Assembly: GCA_016298065.1 (NCBI GenBank)
Contig: JAEDDN010000003.1
Coordinates: 48,281-112,280, forward strand
DNA from: Oscillospiraceae bacterium
Lineage (GTDB): Bacteria > Bacillota > Clostridia > Oscillospirales > Ruminococcaceae
Direction of reading: 5' to 3'
DNA length: 64,000 nt
The first letter of the stretch is position 1, and every line of letters starts with the position of its first letter. Under the pieces are notes generated by a model that saw only the letters and a list, made by a program, of their open reading frames with translations, was not told the origin of the DNA and made no database searches. Below are positions 49,066 to 59,975 of the stretch, piece after piece. The position numbers and the translations under genes are program-made.

Positions 49066-51546
49066 ATGGATAATCAGATAGAGGATAGAGTGATAGCAAA
49101 AATATACGTTGACAAAACTGTATATCACTTTGACAAGGCGTTTGATTATTTAGTGCCCTGCGAGCTTATTCCCTTTGTAAAAAGGGGAATGAGGGTGATA
49201 GTTCCTTTCGGTAACGGTAACTCAAAAAGACAGGGTATGGTATACGAGCTTTATAAGCCGAGTAATCCTACTAAAAAGCTGAAACAGGTTTTACAGGTTT
49301 TAGATGAAAAGGCTGTATTTACCGAAGAAATGTTTAAAATAGCTGACTTTATGTGCGACAATACCTTTTGCACCTTTTACGATGCGGTAAAGACCATTTT
49401 ACCGAATGGTGCAAATATGGTGATTACCGAAAAGTACAGCTTAAATAAAAGCATTGATGAGATTGATTTTACTTCGCTTAATGAAAAGGAGCAAAACCTT
49501 GTTAATTTTATTAAAACCGCCAAAACCGCAAGGGAGCTTGACGACTTTTTAAGCTGCAATAAATCAAGCGATAAGCATAAGGTGGTAGCCTCTTTAACCG
49601 ACAAGGGAATAATAAAGGTAAACGACACCGCTAAAACAAAGGTATCGGCAAAAACCGAAAAAATGGTAAGGCTTACGGATTCCTATTTATTAAACGGCAC
49701 CCAGCAAAAGCTATCCCCGAAGCAAGCCGAAATCGTAGACTTTTTAACTAATGTAATAACAGCCTCCGAAAAGGAAGTAATGTATTTTTGTGCTTTAGGC
49801 AAAAGCGTTATAAAAGGGCTTGTCAAGAAAAACGTAGCTGAATACTACGATAAAGAGGTTTACCGCATACCCGAAAGCGAACACGCAAAGACTTTAAACG
49901 TAGATGAAATAACTCTTTCCGAAAAGCAAAAGCGGGTGTACGAGGGGCTTTTAAATAAGCTAAACGAAAATACCGCTCAGGTATCGCTCCTTTACGGTGT
50001 TACGGGAAGCGGAAAAACGCAAATTTTTGTAAAGCTTATCGACGAAGTGCTAAAAAAGGGTAAGCAGGCTATGATGCTTGTTCCCGAAATTTCGCTTACC
50101 CCACAGCTTGTAGAAGGCTTTAAGGGAATGTTTGGCGATCTTGTTGCAGTGCTTCACAGCAGTCTTTCGATGGGCGAGCGTTTAGACGAGTTTAAACGCA
50201 TACAAGACGGCAAGGCAAGCATTGTAATAGGTACACGAAGCGCTGTGTTTGCGCCTTGCAGTAATTTGGGGCTTATAGTTATGGACGAGGAGGGCGAAGG
50301 CTCATATAAATCCGAAAGCTCGCCCAGATATCACGCCAGAGATATAGCAAAGTTAAGGTGCGTAAACCATAATGCTATGCTTTTGCTTGCATCTGCAACG
50401 CCGTCGATAGATAGCTTCTATCGAGCTAAAAAGGGTATATATAACCTGTTTGAGCTAAACGAGCGCTATGCAGGCGCACTGCTGCCCGAGGTTTATGTAG
50501 TCGATATGAAAGCACAGGAGAAAAAGTTAAACACCTCCCTTCTAAGCGACGTATTAAAGCAGGAAATAGAAAATAACCTAAATAAAAACGAACAAACCAT
50601 TTTGTTTATAAACAGACGTGGTTATAATACCATAGCGTGCTGCATGGAATGCGGGGAAGTGAAAAAATGCCCGAATTGTGATGTTGCGCTTACATATCAC
50701 AAGGACAACGGCTATATGATGTGCCATTACTGCGGATATGCCGAGAAGTTTAAAAGGCATTGTGACGAATGTGACAGCGAGCATATAAAGCTTTCCGGTG
50801 TGGGAACTCAAAGGCTTGAGGACGAGCTTCAATTAACCTTTCCGAAAGCAAAAATACTCAGAATGGATACCGATACCACAACCTCACGTTACGCCTACGG
50901 CAAAATGTTTGCCGACTTTAAAGACGGCGAGTACGATATACTCGTCGGCACTCAAATGATAGCAAAGGGGCTTAATTTCCCAAACGTCACCTTAGTGGGC
51001 GTAATGAATGTTGACGGTGCGCTTTATTCGGGCGACTTTAAAGGGGTTGAGAGGGTGTTTTCCCTCATAACTCAGGTTGTCGGAAGAAGCGGACGAGCCG
51101 ATAAAACAGGCAGAGCATATATACAGACCCTTATGCCCGACAATCAGGTAATATCGCTTGCGGCAAAGCAGGATTACAAGGGCTTTTTTGAAGATGAAAT
51201 AGCTACAAGACAAGCCATGCTTTACCCGCCGTTTTGCGATATATGCGTGGTGAATGTATGCGGTGAGGACGAAAAAAAGGTAGTATCGTCTGCAAAGGTA
51301 TTTATGGGTATGCTAAGAAAAAACGTAGAAGCGTTTGAAAACAAAGTGCCCTTAAAGGTGTTAGGACCTATAAAGCCAGTTATTTACCGTATGAACGGAA
51401 AATACAGACTTAAAATCATAATAAAATGCAGATTTAACTCAAGCTTTAAAAGATATTTAAAAACCTGTCTTATCGAGGCAGGCACCGATAAACGCTTCGG
51501 TCATATCACCGTATATACCGATATAAACGGCGATATTGAGAGTTAG
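49066..51546 (+). CDS. priA: Primosomal protein N' (replication restart helicase)
   Basis: 826 aa, Walker A GVTGSGKT, DEEG box, Cys-rich zinc-binding region. Confidence 0.9.
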   Translation: MDNQIEDRVIAKIYVDKTVYHFDKAFDYLVPCELIPFVKRGMRVIVPFGNGNSKRQGMVYELYKPSNPTKKLKQVLQVLDEKAVFTEEMFKIADFMCDNTFCTFYDAVKTILPNGANMVITEKYSLNKSIDEIDFTSLNEKEQNLVNFIKTAKTARELDDFLSCNKSSDKHKVVASLTDKGIIKVNDTAKTKVSAKTEKMVRLTDSYLLNGTQQKLSPKQAEIVDFLTNVITASEKEVMYFCALGKSVIKGLVKKNVAEYYDKEVYRIPESEHAKTLNVDEITLSEKQKRVYEGLLNKLNENTAQVSLLYGVTGSGKTQIFVKLIDEVLKKGKQAMMLVPEISLTPQLVEGFKGMFGDLVAVLHSSLSMGERLDEFKRIQDGKASIVIGTRSAVFAPCSNLGLIVMDEEGEGSYKSESSPRYHARDIAKLRCVNHNAMLLLASATPSIDSFYRAKKGIYNLFELNERYAGALLPEVYVVDMKAQEKKLNTSLLSDVLKQEIENNLNKNEQTILFINRRGYNTIACCMECGEVKKCPNCDVALTYHKDNGYMMCHYCGYAEKFKRHCDECDSEHIKLSGVGTQRLEDELQLTFPKAKILRMDTDTTTSRYAYGKMFADFKDGEYDILVGTQMIAKGLNFPNVTLVGVMNVDGALYSGDFKGVERVFSLITQVVGRSGRADKTGRAYIQTLMPDNQVISLAAKQDYKGFFEDEIATRQAMLYPPFCDICVVNVCGEDEKKVVSSAKVFMGMLRKNVEAFENKVPLKVLGPIKPVIYRMNGKYRLKIIIKCRFNSSFKRYLKTCLIEAGTDKRFGHITVYTDINGDIES

Positions 51547-51557
51547 GAGGATAAAAA

Positions 51558-52013
51558 ATGGCGATAAGAAATATTATTACTGAGAAAAATGAAACCCTGC
51601 GCAAAAAGAGCAGACCTGTCGAGGAGTTTAATAAAAAACTGTGGGATTTGCTTGACGATATGGCGCAGACTATGTATAAAGCCGAGGGCGTAGGCTTGGC
51701 GGCAGTTCAGGTAGGCATATTAAGACAAGTTATAGTCGTAGATATAGGCGAGGGGCTTATCGAGCTTATAAATCCTCAGATTGTAGAGCAAAAGGGCGAA
51801 AGCGTAGATACCGAAGGGTGCTTGTCTTGCCCCGGAGAATACGGCAAGGTAAAACGCCCGAATTACGTTAAGGTAAAGGCGTTTGACCGCTTTGGTCATC
51901 CTATTGAAATCGAAGCGAGAGACTTTTTGGCAAGGGCGTTTTGCCACGAGATAGATCATCTTTCAGGTGTGATTTTTAAGGATTCGGCCATAGAGATGGT
52001 TGATGTAAAATAG
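51558..52013 (+). CDS. def: Peptide deformylase
   Basis: GxGxAAxQ, EGCLS and HEIDHL motifs. Confidence 0.9.
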   Translation: MAIRNIITEKNETLRKKSRPVEEFNKKLWDLLDDMAQTMYKAEGVGLAAVQVGILRQVIVVDIGEGLIELINPQIVEQKGESVDTEGCLSCPGEYGKVKRPNYVKVKAFDRFGHPIEIEARDFLARAFCHEIDHLSGVIFKDSAIEMVDVK

Positions 52014-52021
52014 TTTTTAAG

Positions 52022-52963
52022 GTGTTGAGTAACAGTTTGAATATAGTATTTATGGGAACGCCTGAATTTGCGGTACCGTGTCTAAAGGCGTTAATAGAAA
52101 GCGATAATAAAATAAGCGGTGTTTTCACCCAACCCGATAAGCCTAAGGGCAGAGGACATAAGGTTTTGCCGCCGCCTGTAAAGGAGCTTGCACTAAAATA
52201 TGATATACCCGTATTTCAGCCGCAAAGCTTAAAGGACGAGGAAGTTTATAAAACGCTTACCACTCTTTCTCCGGACGTTATAATTGTGGTGGCATACGGT
52301 AAAATCTTGCCCGAGGAAATACTCAGTTTGCCGAAATACGGCTGTATAAATATCCACGCCTCACTGCTTCCGAAATACCGTGGAGCAGGGCCTATTCAGT
52401 GGAGTGTGTTAAACGGCGAAACCGAAACGGGTGTAACCTCAATGTATATGGAAAAGGGCCTTGATACAGGCGATATGTTAATTAGGGAAAGTATTCCGAT
52501 AGGGGAAAACGAAACAGCTTCAGAGCTTCACGACAGGCTTAGCATACTGGGCGCTAAGGTACTTATAAAAACCTTAGACGAGATAAAAAACGGCACGTTA
52601 AAGCGCACTAAGCAAGACGATGAGCATTCAAGCTATGCGCCTATGCTTACAAAGGAGCTTTCAAAGCTTGATTTTACTTTACCTGCAAAACAGGTGCACA
52701 ATAAAATAAGGGGCTTATCCGAATGGCCGTGTGCAAAAATCACACTTTTGGGCAAGACGCTAAAAGTGTATAAAAGCGAAATAGCGTCAAACTTTAGCGG
52801 ATCACCTGGTGAGCTTCTTTGTGAAAAAACCTTTGTTGTGGGTTGCTCAGATAATACCGCAATACGCTTTATGGAAGTTCAGTATGAAGGCTCAAAGCGT
52901 ATGGCTGCACAAGATTTTTTAAGAGGACACCCTCTCACAAAAGGTATGAAATTAAACGATTAG
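52022..52963 (+). CDS. fmt: Methionyl-tRNA formyltransferase
   Basis: 313 aa. The alternative TTG start at 52037 gives the canonical MNIVFMGTPEFAV N-terminus. Confidence 0.9.
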   Translation: MLSNSLNIVFMGTPEFAVPCLKALIESDNKISGVFTQPDKPKGRGHKVLPPPVKELALKYDIPVFQPQSLKDEEVYKTLTTLSPDVIIVVAYGKILPEEILSLPKYGCINIHASLLPKYRGAGPIQWSVLNGETETGVTSMYMEKGLDTGDMLIRESIPIGENETASELHDRLSILGAKVLIKTLDEIKNGTLKRTKQDDEHSSYAPMLTKELSKLDFTLPAKQVHNKIRGLSEWPCAKITLLGKTLKVYKSEIASNFSGSPGELLCEKTFVVGCSDNTAIRFMEVQYEGSKRMAAQDFLRGHPLTKGMKLND

Positions 52964-52976
52964 AGAATAAAAGCCC

Positions 52977-54311
52977 ATGGGAGCGCTTATGGTTAAAAAC
53001 GACAGACAACTGATTTTTGATTCACTTTTAAAGGTGTATAGGGATAAGGGATATTCAAATCTCACTTTGGGGAAAATATTATCAAATCCCGAGCATCAAA
53101 GCACAAACGCTTTCATTACAGCGGTATTTTACGGTGTAATAGAGCGTGATATAACCTTAGAATATATAATCAACCTCTATTCAAAAAGAAAGTGCGATAA
53201 GCTTGATAACGAGATACTCATAATTTTAAAAATGGGGTTATATCAGCTTAAATATATGGATTCTGTTCCCGATAATGCGGCGGTAGACGAGAGCGTTAAG
53301 CTTTGTTATTATGTAAAAAAAGCAAGCGCAAAAGGGCTTGTGAACGCTGTTTTGAGAAGCTTTATAAGAGATGATAAAAAGATATCGGTTGACGGTATGG
53401 ATAATATCACGTCGCTTAGCATTAACTATTCCTGCCCTAAATGGCTTATAGAAAAATGGGCTAAACAGTATTCACTCGAAGTAACAAAAAAGCTTTTAGA
53501 GTATTCCGTAGGCAGACCGCCTGTGACCGTAAGGGTAAACACCTTAAAAATAACTATGGAGGACCTTATAGATAGCTTAAATAAAAAGGGTATAGAGTGT
53601 GAAATAAATAAATTTACCGATAACTGTTTAAGTCTTTATAAAACAGGGGATATATCCGCTTTAAGCGAATTTAAAAACGGCTTTTTCTACGTTCAGGATA
53701 TTGCTTCACAGCTTTGCGCAAGAGCAGTTTCGGCTAAACCCGAAAGCCTTATTTACGATATGTGCTCCGCACCAGGCTCAAAGAGCTTTACAATGTCGCA
53801 GTATATGAAAAACAGCGGTATGATAATGGCTTTTGATTTATATGAGCATAAAATAAAGCTTATAGAGGCGTCAGCCGCAAGGCTCGGCATTACAAATATA
53901 AAGACAAGAATAGGTGATGCCGCAGAATATTCGCCGGATCTTGTTTTGGCAGACAGGGTGCTGTGCGACGTGCCTTGCTCGGGGCTCGGTATAATAAGAA
54001 GAAAACCCGAAATAAAATATAAACCCGAAGCAGAGCTTAAAAATTTACCTCAAATACAGTATAATATACTTAAAAACTGCTCTAATTATGTAAAGCACGG
54101 CGGGCTTTTAATATACTCCACATGCTCGGTAGACAAAGACGAAAATCAATATGTCGCTAAAAAATTTTTAGAGCAAAACAGCGAATTTGAAGCGTACCCA
54201 TTACCCGATTATATAAAATCGGTAACGCTTTATGAAGATAATATGGCGACCTTTATGCCGTATATTATAAACAGCGACGGATTTTTTATAGCGACGTTCA
54301 AACGCAAATAA
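52977..54311 (+). CDS. rsmB: 16S rRNA (cytosine967-C5)-methyltransferase (NusB-like N domain + RsmB/Sun MTase)
   Basis: 444 aa, DMCSAPGSKS and PCSGLG motifs. Confidence 0.85.
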   Translation: MGALMVKNDRQLIFDSLLKVYRDKGYSNLTLGKILSNPEHQSTNAFITAVFYGVIERDITLEYIINLYSKRKCDKLDNEILIILKMGLYQLKYMDSVPDNAAVDESVKLCYYVKKASAKGLVNAVLRSFIRDDKKISVDGMDNITSLSINYSCPKWLIEKWAKQYSLEVTKKLLEYSVGRPPVTVRVNTLKITMEDLIDSLNKKGIECEINKFTDNCLSLYKTGDISALSEFKNGFFYVQDIASQLCARAVSAKPESLIYDMCSAPGSKSFTMSQYMKNSGMIMAFDLYEHKIKLIEASAARLGITNIKTRIGDAAEYSPDLVLADRVLCDVPCSGLGIIRRKPEIKYKPEAELKNLPQIQYNILKNCSNYVKHGGLLIYSTCSVDKDENQYVAKKFLEQNSEFEAYPLPDYIKSVTLYEDNMATFMPYIINSDGFFIATFKRK

Positions 54312-54330
54312 AAACTAAGGAATGGTTTAA

Positions 54331-55374
54331 TTGAGCCAAAAACTTGATATAAAGTCTTTTGATATAGATAAGCTAAAGGATATGCTAAAAGATTTATCCC
54401 AGCCGTCATTTAGAGCAAATCAGATTTTTGACTGGTTGCATAAAAAAAGAGTATATACCTTCAGTGAGATGACAAATTTAAGCGAAGAGCTTAGAAACAC
54501 CCTTGACAGTCAATGCTTTATACAAAGCCTTGAAATCAAGAAAAAGCTTACTTCAAAACTTGACGGCACCGTTAAGTATCTTTTTGAGCTTTCTGATAAG
54601 GAATATGTAGAAACGGTTTTGATGAAATATAAATACGGCTACAGTATATGTGTGTCAAGTCAGGTCGGCTGTAAAATGGGGTGCGAGTTTTGTGCTTCCA
54701 CTAAGGCGGGCTTTGTGAGAAACTTAACCCCAAGCGAGATATTAGAGCAGGTGTATAAAGCCGAGGAGGATATGGGCGTACATATTTCTCATATTGTTAT
54801 GATGGGTATAGGCGAACCGCTTGATAATTTTGAGAATGTTACAGAGTTTTTAAAGTTGATAAATTCGCCGTTAGGTGCTAATATAAGTTTGCGAAATATT
54901 TCTGTTTCGACCTGCGGCGTTGTAGATAAAATAATTGAGCTTGCAAAGCTAAAGTTAGGTATAACGCTTTCTATATCGCTTCACGCAAGCGACGATAAAA
55001 CCAGAAGCAAGATAATGCCGATAAACAGGCGTTATAACATAGAAACCCTTTTAAAAGCGTGCGACGATTATACCGAGAAAACAGGCAGGCGAATATCCTT
55101 TGAATATGCGCTTATAAAAGGAGAAAACGACAGCATAGATGAGGCAAAGCGCCTTGCAAAGCTATTAAAAGGCAAGCTTTGTCATGTAAATCTCATACCC
55201 GTAAACTACGTTAAAGAGGCGGGCTTTGAAAAATCCGACAAACAATCGGTTATTTTATTCAGAGATACGCTTTTAAGGTATGGTATAAATACAACGGTAA
55301 GACGAACCTTAGGTTCTGACATAGAAGCCGCCTGCGGACAACTCAGGCGTGATAATTTAACGGAGGTGAAATGA
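54331..55374 (+). CDS. rlmN: 23S rRNA/tRNA adenine C2-methyltransferase (radical SAM)
   Basis: 347 aa, CKMGCEFC radical-SAM motif. Confidence 0.9.
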   Translation: MSQKLDIKSFDIDKLKDMLKDLSQPSFRANQIFDWLHKKRVYTFSEMTNLSEELRNTLDSQCFIQSLEIKKKLTSKLDGTVKYLFELSDKEYVETVLMKYKYGYSICVSSQVGCKMGCEFCASTKAGFVRNLTPSEILEQVYKAEEDMGVHISHIVMMGIGEPLDNFENVTEFLKLINSPLGANISLRNISVSTCGVVDKIIELAKLKLGITLSISLHASDDKTRSKIMPINRRYNIETLLKACDDYTEKTGRRISFEYALIKGENDSIDEAKRLAKLLKGKLCHVNLIPVNYVKEAGFEKSDKQSVILFRDTLLRYGINTTVRRTLGSDIEAACGQLRRDNLTEVK

Positions 55375-56100
55375 GTGGTAATATACGGTCAAACCGATGT
55401 GGGAAAGGTCAGAGAATCAAACCAGGATATGTATTGCTTTAAGGTTATCTCCGACAATTTAGGCTTCGCAGTCGTATGTGACGGAATGGGCGGAGAAAAC
55501 GGCGGAAAAGTTGCCAGCAAGATAGCCTGCGACACGATATATAAATATTTGGACGCTCACTTAAAAGAGGGTCTTGACGAGCAAGAATATAAAAACATAA
55601 TGGTGACTGCGGTGAGCGACGGAAACGTAGCGGTATACGATTATTCACTTGAAAAGAAGGAATATATCGGTATGGGCACTACGGTTGTTGCGCTGGTAGT
55701 GGTAAACAATAAAGCGTATATAGCTCATGTAGGCGACAGCAGGGTGTATATGCTTAAATCAGGAGAGTTTTATCAGATAACAAAGGACCATTCTCTTGTA
55801 CAAAACCTTGTGGAGCAGGGTAAGATAACCCAAGAACAAGCGAAAAATCACCCCCAAAAGAATATGATAACCAGGGCGGTGGGCGTAAGTTTCTTTGTGG
55901 ATGTAGATTATATACAGGTAAACAGCATTAAGGACGTAAGCTTTTTGTTATGCTCGGACGGGCTGACAAATTCCTGCGACAACGAGCAGATAAAAAGCGT
56001 TTTGGAAAATACCCCAAAAGAGAGTGTTTGTAAAACGCTTATAGATATGGCAAACGACGCAGGCGGTATCGACAATATAACCGCCGTATATATTGCGTAG
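55375..56100 (+). CDS. prpC: PP2C-family Ser/Thr phosphatase
   Basis: 241 aa, GTG start abutting the rlmN stop, TDVGKVRESNQD and VCDGMGG motifs. Confidence 0.85.
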   Translation: MVIYGQTDVGKVRESNQDMYCFKVISDNLGFAVVCDGMGGENGGKVASKIACDTIYKYLDAHLKEGLDEQEYKNIMVTAVSDGNVAVYDYSLEKKEYIGMGTTVVALVVVNNKAYIAHVGDSRVYMLKSGEFYQITKDHSLVQNLVEQGKITQEQAKNHPQKNMITRAVGVSFFVDVDYIQVNSIKDVSFLLCSDGLTNSCDNEQIKSVLENTPKESVCKTLIDMANDAGGIDNITAVYIA

Positions 56101-56126
56101 AGCATAATTAAAAAGGAGTGTAAGTC

Positions 56127-58154
56127 TTGAATAATTATATAGGTAAAAAGCTCGACGGAAGATATGAAATTAAAGAGCTAATAGGAATCGGCGGTATGGC
56201 CGACGTTTATAAGGCATACGATATTGCCGAGAACAAGCAGGTAGCGGTTAAAATCCTAAAGGACGAATACCTTACAAATGAGGATTTTAAAAGGAGATTC
56301 AGAAACGAGTCTAAGGCAATAGCCGTTTTGTCACACCCGAATATCGTCAAGATTTTTGACGTAAGCTTTGGCGACCGCATACAGTTTATTGTAATGGAAT
56401 ATGTTGACGGTATAACCTTAAAGGAGTACATCGACCAGCAGGGAGTTGTCAACTGGAAGGAAGCCGTACACTTTACCGTACAGATATTAAGAGCCTTACA
56501 GCATGCACACGATAACGGAATCGTTCACCGTGATATAAAACCGCAAAACGTTATGCTTTTGCAAGACGGCACCGTAAAGGTGATGGATTTCGGTATTGCG
56601 AGATTTGCAAGAGATAACGGCAGAACACTTTCGGAAAAAGCTATCGGTTCGGTACATTACATAAGTCCCGAGCAGGCAAAGGGTGAGGTTACCGACGAAA
56701 AAACCGATATATATTCTGTGGGCGTTTTGATGTTTGAAATGCTTACGGGGAAACTGCCGTTTGACGGAGAAACACCTGTAGCAGTAGCAATAAAGCAGAT
56801 GCATTCCGAAGCGGAAAGACCAAGAAGCATTAACCCCGACATTCCGGAGGGCTTAGAGGAAATCATTATAAGGGCAATGAAAAAAGACCCTGATTTCAGA
56901 TACCAAAGCGCTGCCGAAATGTTAAAGGATATAGACGAGTTTAAAAGAAATCCGAGCGTTGTATTTGAGTATAAATATCTTACCGACGACACCTCTACAA
57001 AATATTTCGATACGGTAAGCGACGAATCTAAAGAAGAGGAAGAAGAGCCGAAGAAAAAAATGTCAACCGTAATGCAGGTGTTAATCGGCGTTGCGAGTGC
57101 CTGCATTATTTTGGCAATTATCGTTACGATAATCTTTTTCAGAGGAATAGGCAATTCGGGAGACGAATACCCTAATCCTAACTTAGTAGGTCAGCTTTAT
57201 GACGATGTTATTGCAAACGACAACTATGCGTATATAAAAATCAAGGTTGACGGCACCGAAATGAGCGATGAGTATGAGGAAGGGTATATTATCTCTCAAA
57301 CTCCTGCGGCCAATACGAAGATTAAAAAAGGCCAAACCGTTAAGGTTATTGTCAGCGAGGGCTTAAATGCTTATGAGGTTGACGATGTAGTGGGAATGGA
57401 TCAGTCAAAGGCAGTAAAGAAGCTTGAAAAGAGTGGCTTTGGCACTAATATTATAGAAAAATACGACAGCAGCGTAGCTGAAGGCAAGGTTATAAAAACC
57501 GACCCTGAAGCAGGAAGCTTGTGTAAAAAGGGCGACATCATCAACATTTATGTAAGTAAAGGTGCGGCAAGCGTGCCTGTTAAGGTGCCAAACCTCGTGG
57601 GAATGACCGCTTCCTCAGCAGAGGCAACTCTGAAAGAGCTTGGCCTCGGCTGCAGTATTACAACTGTCGAAAGCTCCAAAAAGAAGGATGAAGTAATCTC
57701 TCAAAGCTACGATTATAACGAAACGGTTGAAAAGGGAACGGTTGTTGCGCTTACGGTAAGCTCAGGAGCTAATAAAAACACCTCTGTAACTGTTGAACTT
57801 GAAGCAAACAGCAGTTATGAGGATAAAAATGTTGAGCTTAAAGTTTATCTTGCAAGCGAGCTTGTATCCACAAAGACGGTAAATCTGCACAGCAATAAGT
57901 TTAGCTATACAGCTACAGGTACAGGCCAACAGGCACTGGTTGTAAAAATAGGCAACGATACGCTTGCAAGTTTCCAAATTGACTTTGCAAAAGGCACTTC
58001 GACAAGAACCAAATTAAACAGTGATTTGCTTATGAAGAAGGAAACTGCGAGCGATAGTCCGTCATTATCTTCATCAGAACCGACTTCATCAGACGTATCG
58101 TCCGCTACCGAACCCGATACAAGTACAGGCGACACGGGCGAGGTTACCGAGTAA
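56127..58154 (+). CDS. prkC: Ser/Thr protein kinase with three PASTA domains and S/T-rich tail
   Basis: TTG start after RBS AAAGGAG, Hanks kinase motifs (HRDIKPQN, DFG), TM, PASTA repeats. Confidence 0.9.
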   Translation: MNNYIGKKLDGRYEIKELIGIGGMADVYKAYDIAENKQVAVKILKDEYLTNEDFKRRFRNESKAIAVLSHPNIVKIFDVSFGDRIQFIVMEYVDGITLKEYIDQQGVVNWKEAVHFTVQILRALQHAHDNGIVHRDIKPQNVMLLQDGTVKVMDFGIARFARDNGRTLSEKAIGSVHYISPEQAKGEVTDEKTDIYSVGVLMFEMLTGKLPFDGETPVAVAIKQMHSEAERPRSINPDIPEGLEEIIIRAMKKDPDFRYQSAAEMLKDIDEFKRNPSVVFEYKYLTDDTSTKYFDTVSDESKEEEEEPKKKMSTVMQVLIGVASACIILAIIVTIIFFRGIGNSGDEYPNPNLVGQLYDDVIANDNYAYIKIKVDGTEMSDEYEEGYIISQTPAANTKIKKGQTVKVIVSEGLNAYEVDDVVGMDQSKAVKKLEKSGFGTNIIEKYDSSVAEGKVIKTDPEAGSLCKKGDIINIYVSKGAASVPVKVPNLVGMTASSAEATLKELGLGCSITTVESSKKKDEVISQSYDYNETVEKGTVVALTVSSGANKNTSVTVELEANSSYEDKNVELKVYLASELVSTKTVNLHSNKFSYTATGTGQQALVVKIGNDTLASFQIDFAKGTSTRTKLNSDLLMKKETASDSPSLSSSEPTSSDVSSATEPDTSTGDTGEVTE

Positions 58155-58179
58155 TAAGCGCAAAGCGGAGTTGTTTTAA

Positions 58180-59079
58180 ATGGATAATATTTGCGAAGGG
58201 CTTATAGTCAGAGCCTTAGGCGGTTTTTATTATGTCGAGGCGGCTGACGGCAAAGAATATGAGTGTCGTGCCAAGGGCATTTTCAGAAAAAACGGTATAT
58301 CTCCCGTTGTGGGCGATAAGGTTAAGGTGGAAATTGACACTCAAGGGCTTTGTATGGTAAGCGGGATAATGCCCAGAAAAAACGAAATATTAAGACCTCC
58401 TATGGCAAATCTCGATAAGCTGTTTATAGTCACCTCTATCTGCGAGCCGCTTCCCAGCACCGAGATTATTGATAAGCTTATTGCAATCAGCGAGTACAAG
58501 GAAATAGAGCCGATTATTATTATAACAAAAAGCGATTTGGCTTCCACCGACGAGCTTGAGAGGATATATATAAATGCGGGCTTTACCGTAAAGACTGTAA
58601 GCAATAAACATTTCTTTCCCACCGAAGATATAAAAGAGATTTTAAGGAACAGTATATGCGCCTTTACCGGCAATACGGGAGTAGGAAAATCGAGCTTTTT
58701 AAATTCACTTTACCCCGAGCTTAACATAAAAACAGCTCAGATAAGCAAAAAGCTCGGCAGAGGAAAGCACACCACAAGACATGTACAGCTTTATAAGCTT
58801 GAGGACATTAACGCTTATGTTGCCGATACTCCGGGCTTTAGCACAATAGATGTAGACAGATACGACATAATTTTAAAGGAAAATTTGCAGTTTTGCTTTA
58901 GGGAGTTTAAGCCCTATATAGATAAATGTAAGTTTTCGGGTTGTTCTCATACGGTGGAAAAGGGCTGCGCCGTTTTAGAGGCCTTAAGCGAGGGCAAGAT
59001 TGAAACAAGCCGTCACAAAAGCTATGTTGCGCTTTATAATAACGCCAAGAATATAAAGGAATGGGAACTAAAAAAATGA
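58180..59079 (+). CDS. rsgA: Ribosome small-subunit-dependent GTPase A
   Basis: 299 aa, circularly permuted GTPase motifs, C-terminal zinc finger CKFSGCSH. Confidence 0.9.
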   Translation: MDNICEGLIVRALGGFYYVEAADGKEYECRAKGIFRKNGISPVVGDKVKVEIDTQGLCMVSGIMPRKNEILRPPMANLDKLFIVTSICEPLPSTEIIDKLIAISEYKEIEPIIIITKSDLASTDELERIYINAGFTVKTVSNKHFFPTEDIKEILRNSICAFTGNTGVGKSSFLNSLYPELNIKTAQISKKLGRGKHTTRHVQLYKLEDINAYVADTPGFSTIDVDRYDIILKENLQFCFREFKPYIDKCKFSGCSHTVEKGCAVLEALSEGKIETSRHKSYVALYNNAKNIKEWELKK

Positions 59080-59705
59080 CAGATATATGCTATGTTTTTG
59101 GCTCGGCAGATATAGAGGATTATAGCTTTGTAAAGGTACCGGCAGACAATATGATAATCTGTGCGGACGGCGGATATAAGCACGCAGAAAGCTTAGGGTT
59201 AAAACCCGCTTGGGTTGTGGGCGACTTTGACTCTTCAAAGCAGATAACCGGCGACTTTAAGGTAGAACGTCACAAAAGCGAAAAAGACGAAACCGATATG
59301 TACCTTGTAATTAAAAAGGGTATAGAGCTTGGCTTTAAACGCTTTGTAATATACGGCGGCTTAGGCGGCAGACTTGACCATACGCTTGCAAACATTAAGC
59401 TTATGCAGACGTGTATAAATAAGGGTATAAGGCTTACTCTTATAGATAAAACACACCGAATATTTATGATAAAGGACGAAAGCATTACCCTTAAAAAAGG
59501 AGCTTATAAATATTTATCGGTGTTTTCGGCATCATGTGAAAGCAAGGGTATTAGCGTGTCGGGGGTAAAATATCCGCTAAAGGATTATAAAATGGATAAC
59601 CTAAACGAGCTGGGTATCAGCAACGAGATAACCTCTGATAAAGCCAAAATAACGGTAAAGGACGGCACACTGTTAATTATTGAGTCAAGCGACAATCACC
59701 AATAG
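59076..59705 (+). CDS. thiN: Thiamine pyrophosphokinase
   Basis: Start at ATG 59076 overlapping the rsgA stop. GDFDS and GGLGGRLDH motifs. Confidence 0.8.
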   Translation: MTDICYVFGSADIEDYSFVKVPADNMIICADGGYKHAESLGLKPAWVVGDFDSSKQITGDFKVERHKSEKDETDMYLVIKKGIELGFKRFVIYGGLGGRLDHTLANIKLMQTCINKGIRLTLIDKTHRIFMIKDESITLKKGAYKYLSVFSASCESKGISVSGVKYPLKDYKMDNLNELGISNEITSDKAKITVKDGTLLIIESSDNHQ

Positions 59706-59783
59706 TAAAATATAACATATTATGAAATAAAAGCACTTGGGGTACATACTCAGGTGCTTTTATAAAGTCGGGAGGAATGTTTT

Positions 59784-59936
59784 GTGAGGTATAACAGAAG
59801 ACTTTTAAATAGCTTATGTACGGGAGAGATACTTATAGCGCTTGGAGCATTATGTATCGTTTTATATATGTTTAAATGGCTTTTGCTCGTACTCAGCGGA
59901 GCATTCCTCTTAGCAGGAATTATTAAGAAAAGATAA
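59784..59936 (+). CDS. Unannotated 50-aa membrane peptide (GTG start)
   Basis: RBS GGGAGGA 8 nt upstream. One or two TM (ILIALGALCIVLYMFKWLLLVLSGAFLLAGII). Confidence 0.3.
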   Translation: MRYNRRLLNSLCTGEILIALGALCIVLYMFKWLLLVLSGAFLLAGIIKKR

Positions 59937-59975
59937 ACAAGAGTGTAAACAATCGGGCTGAAAGGAGCATACATA

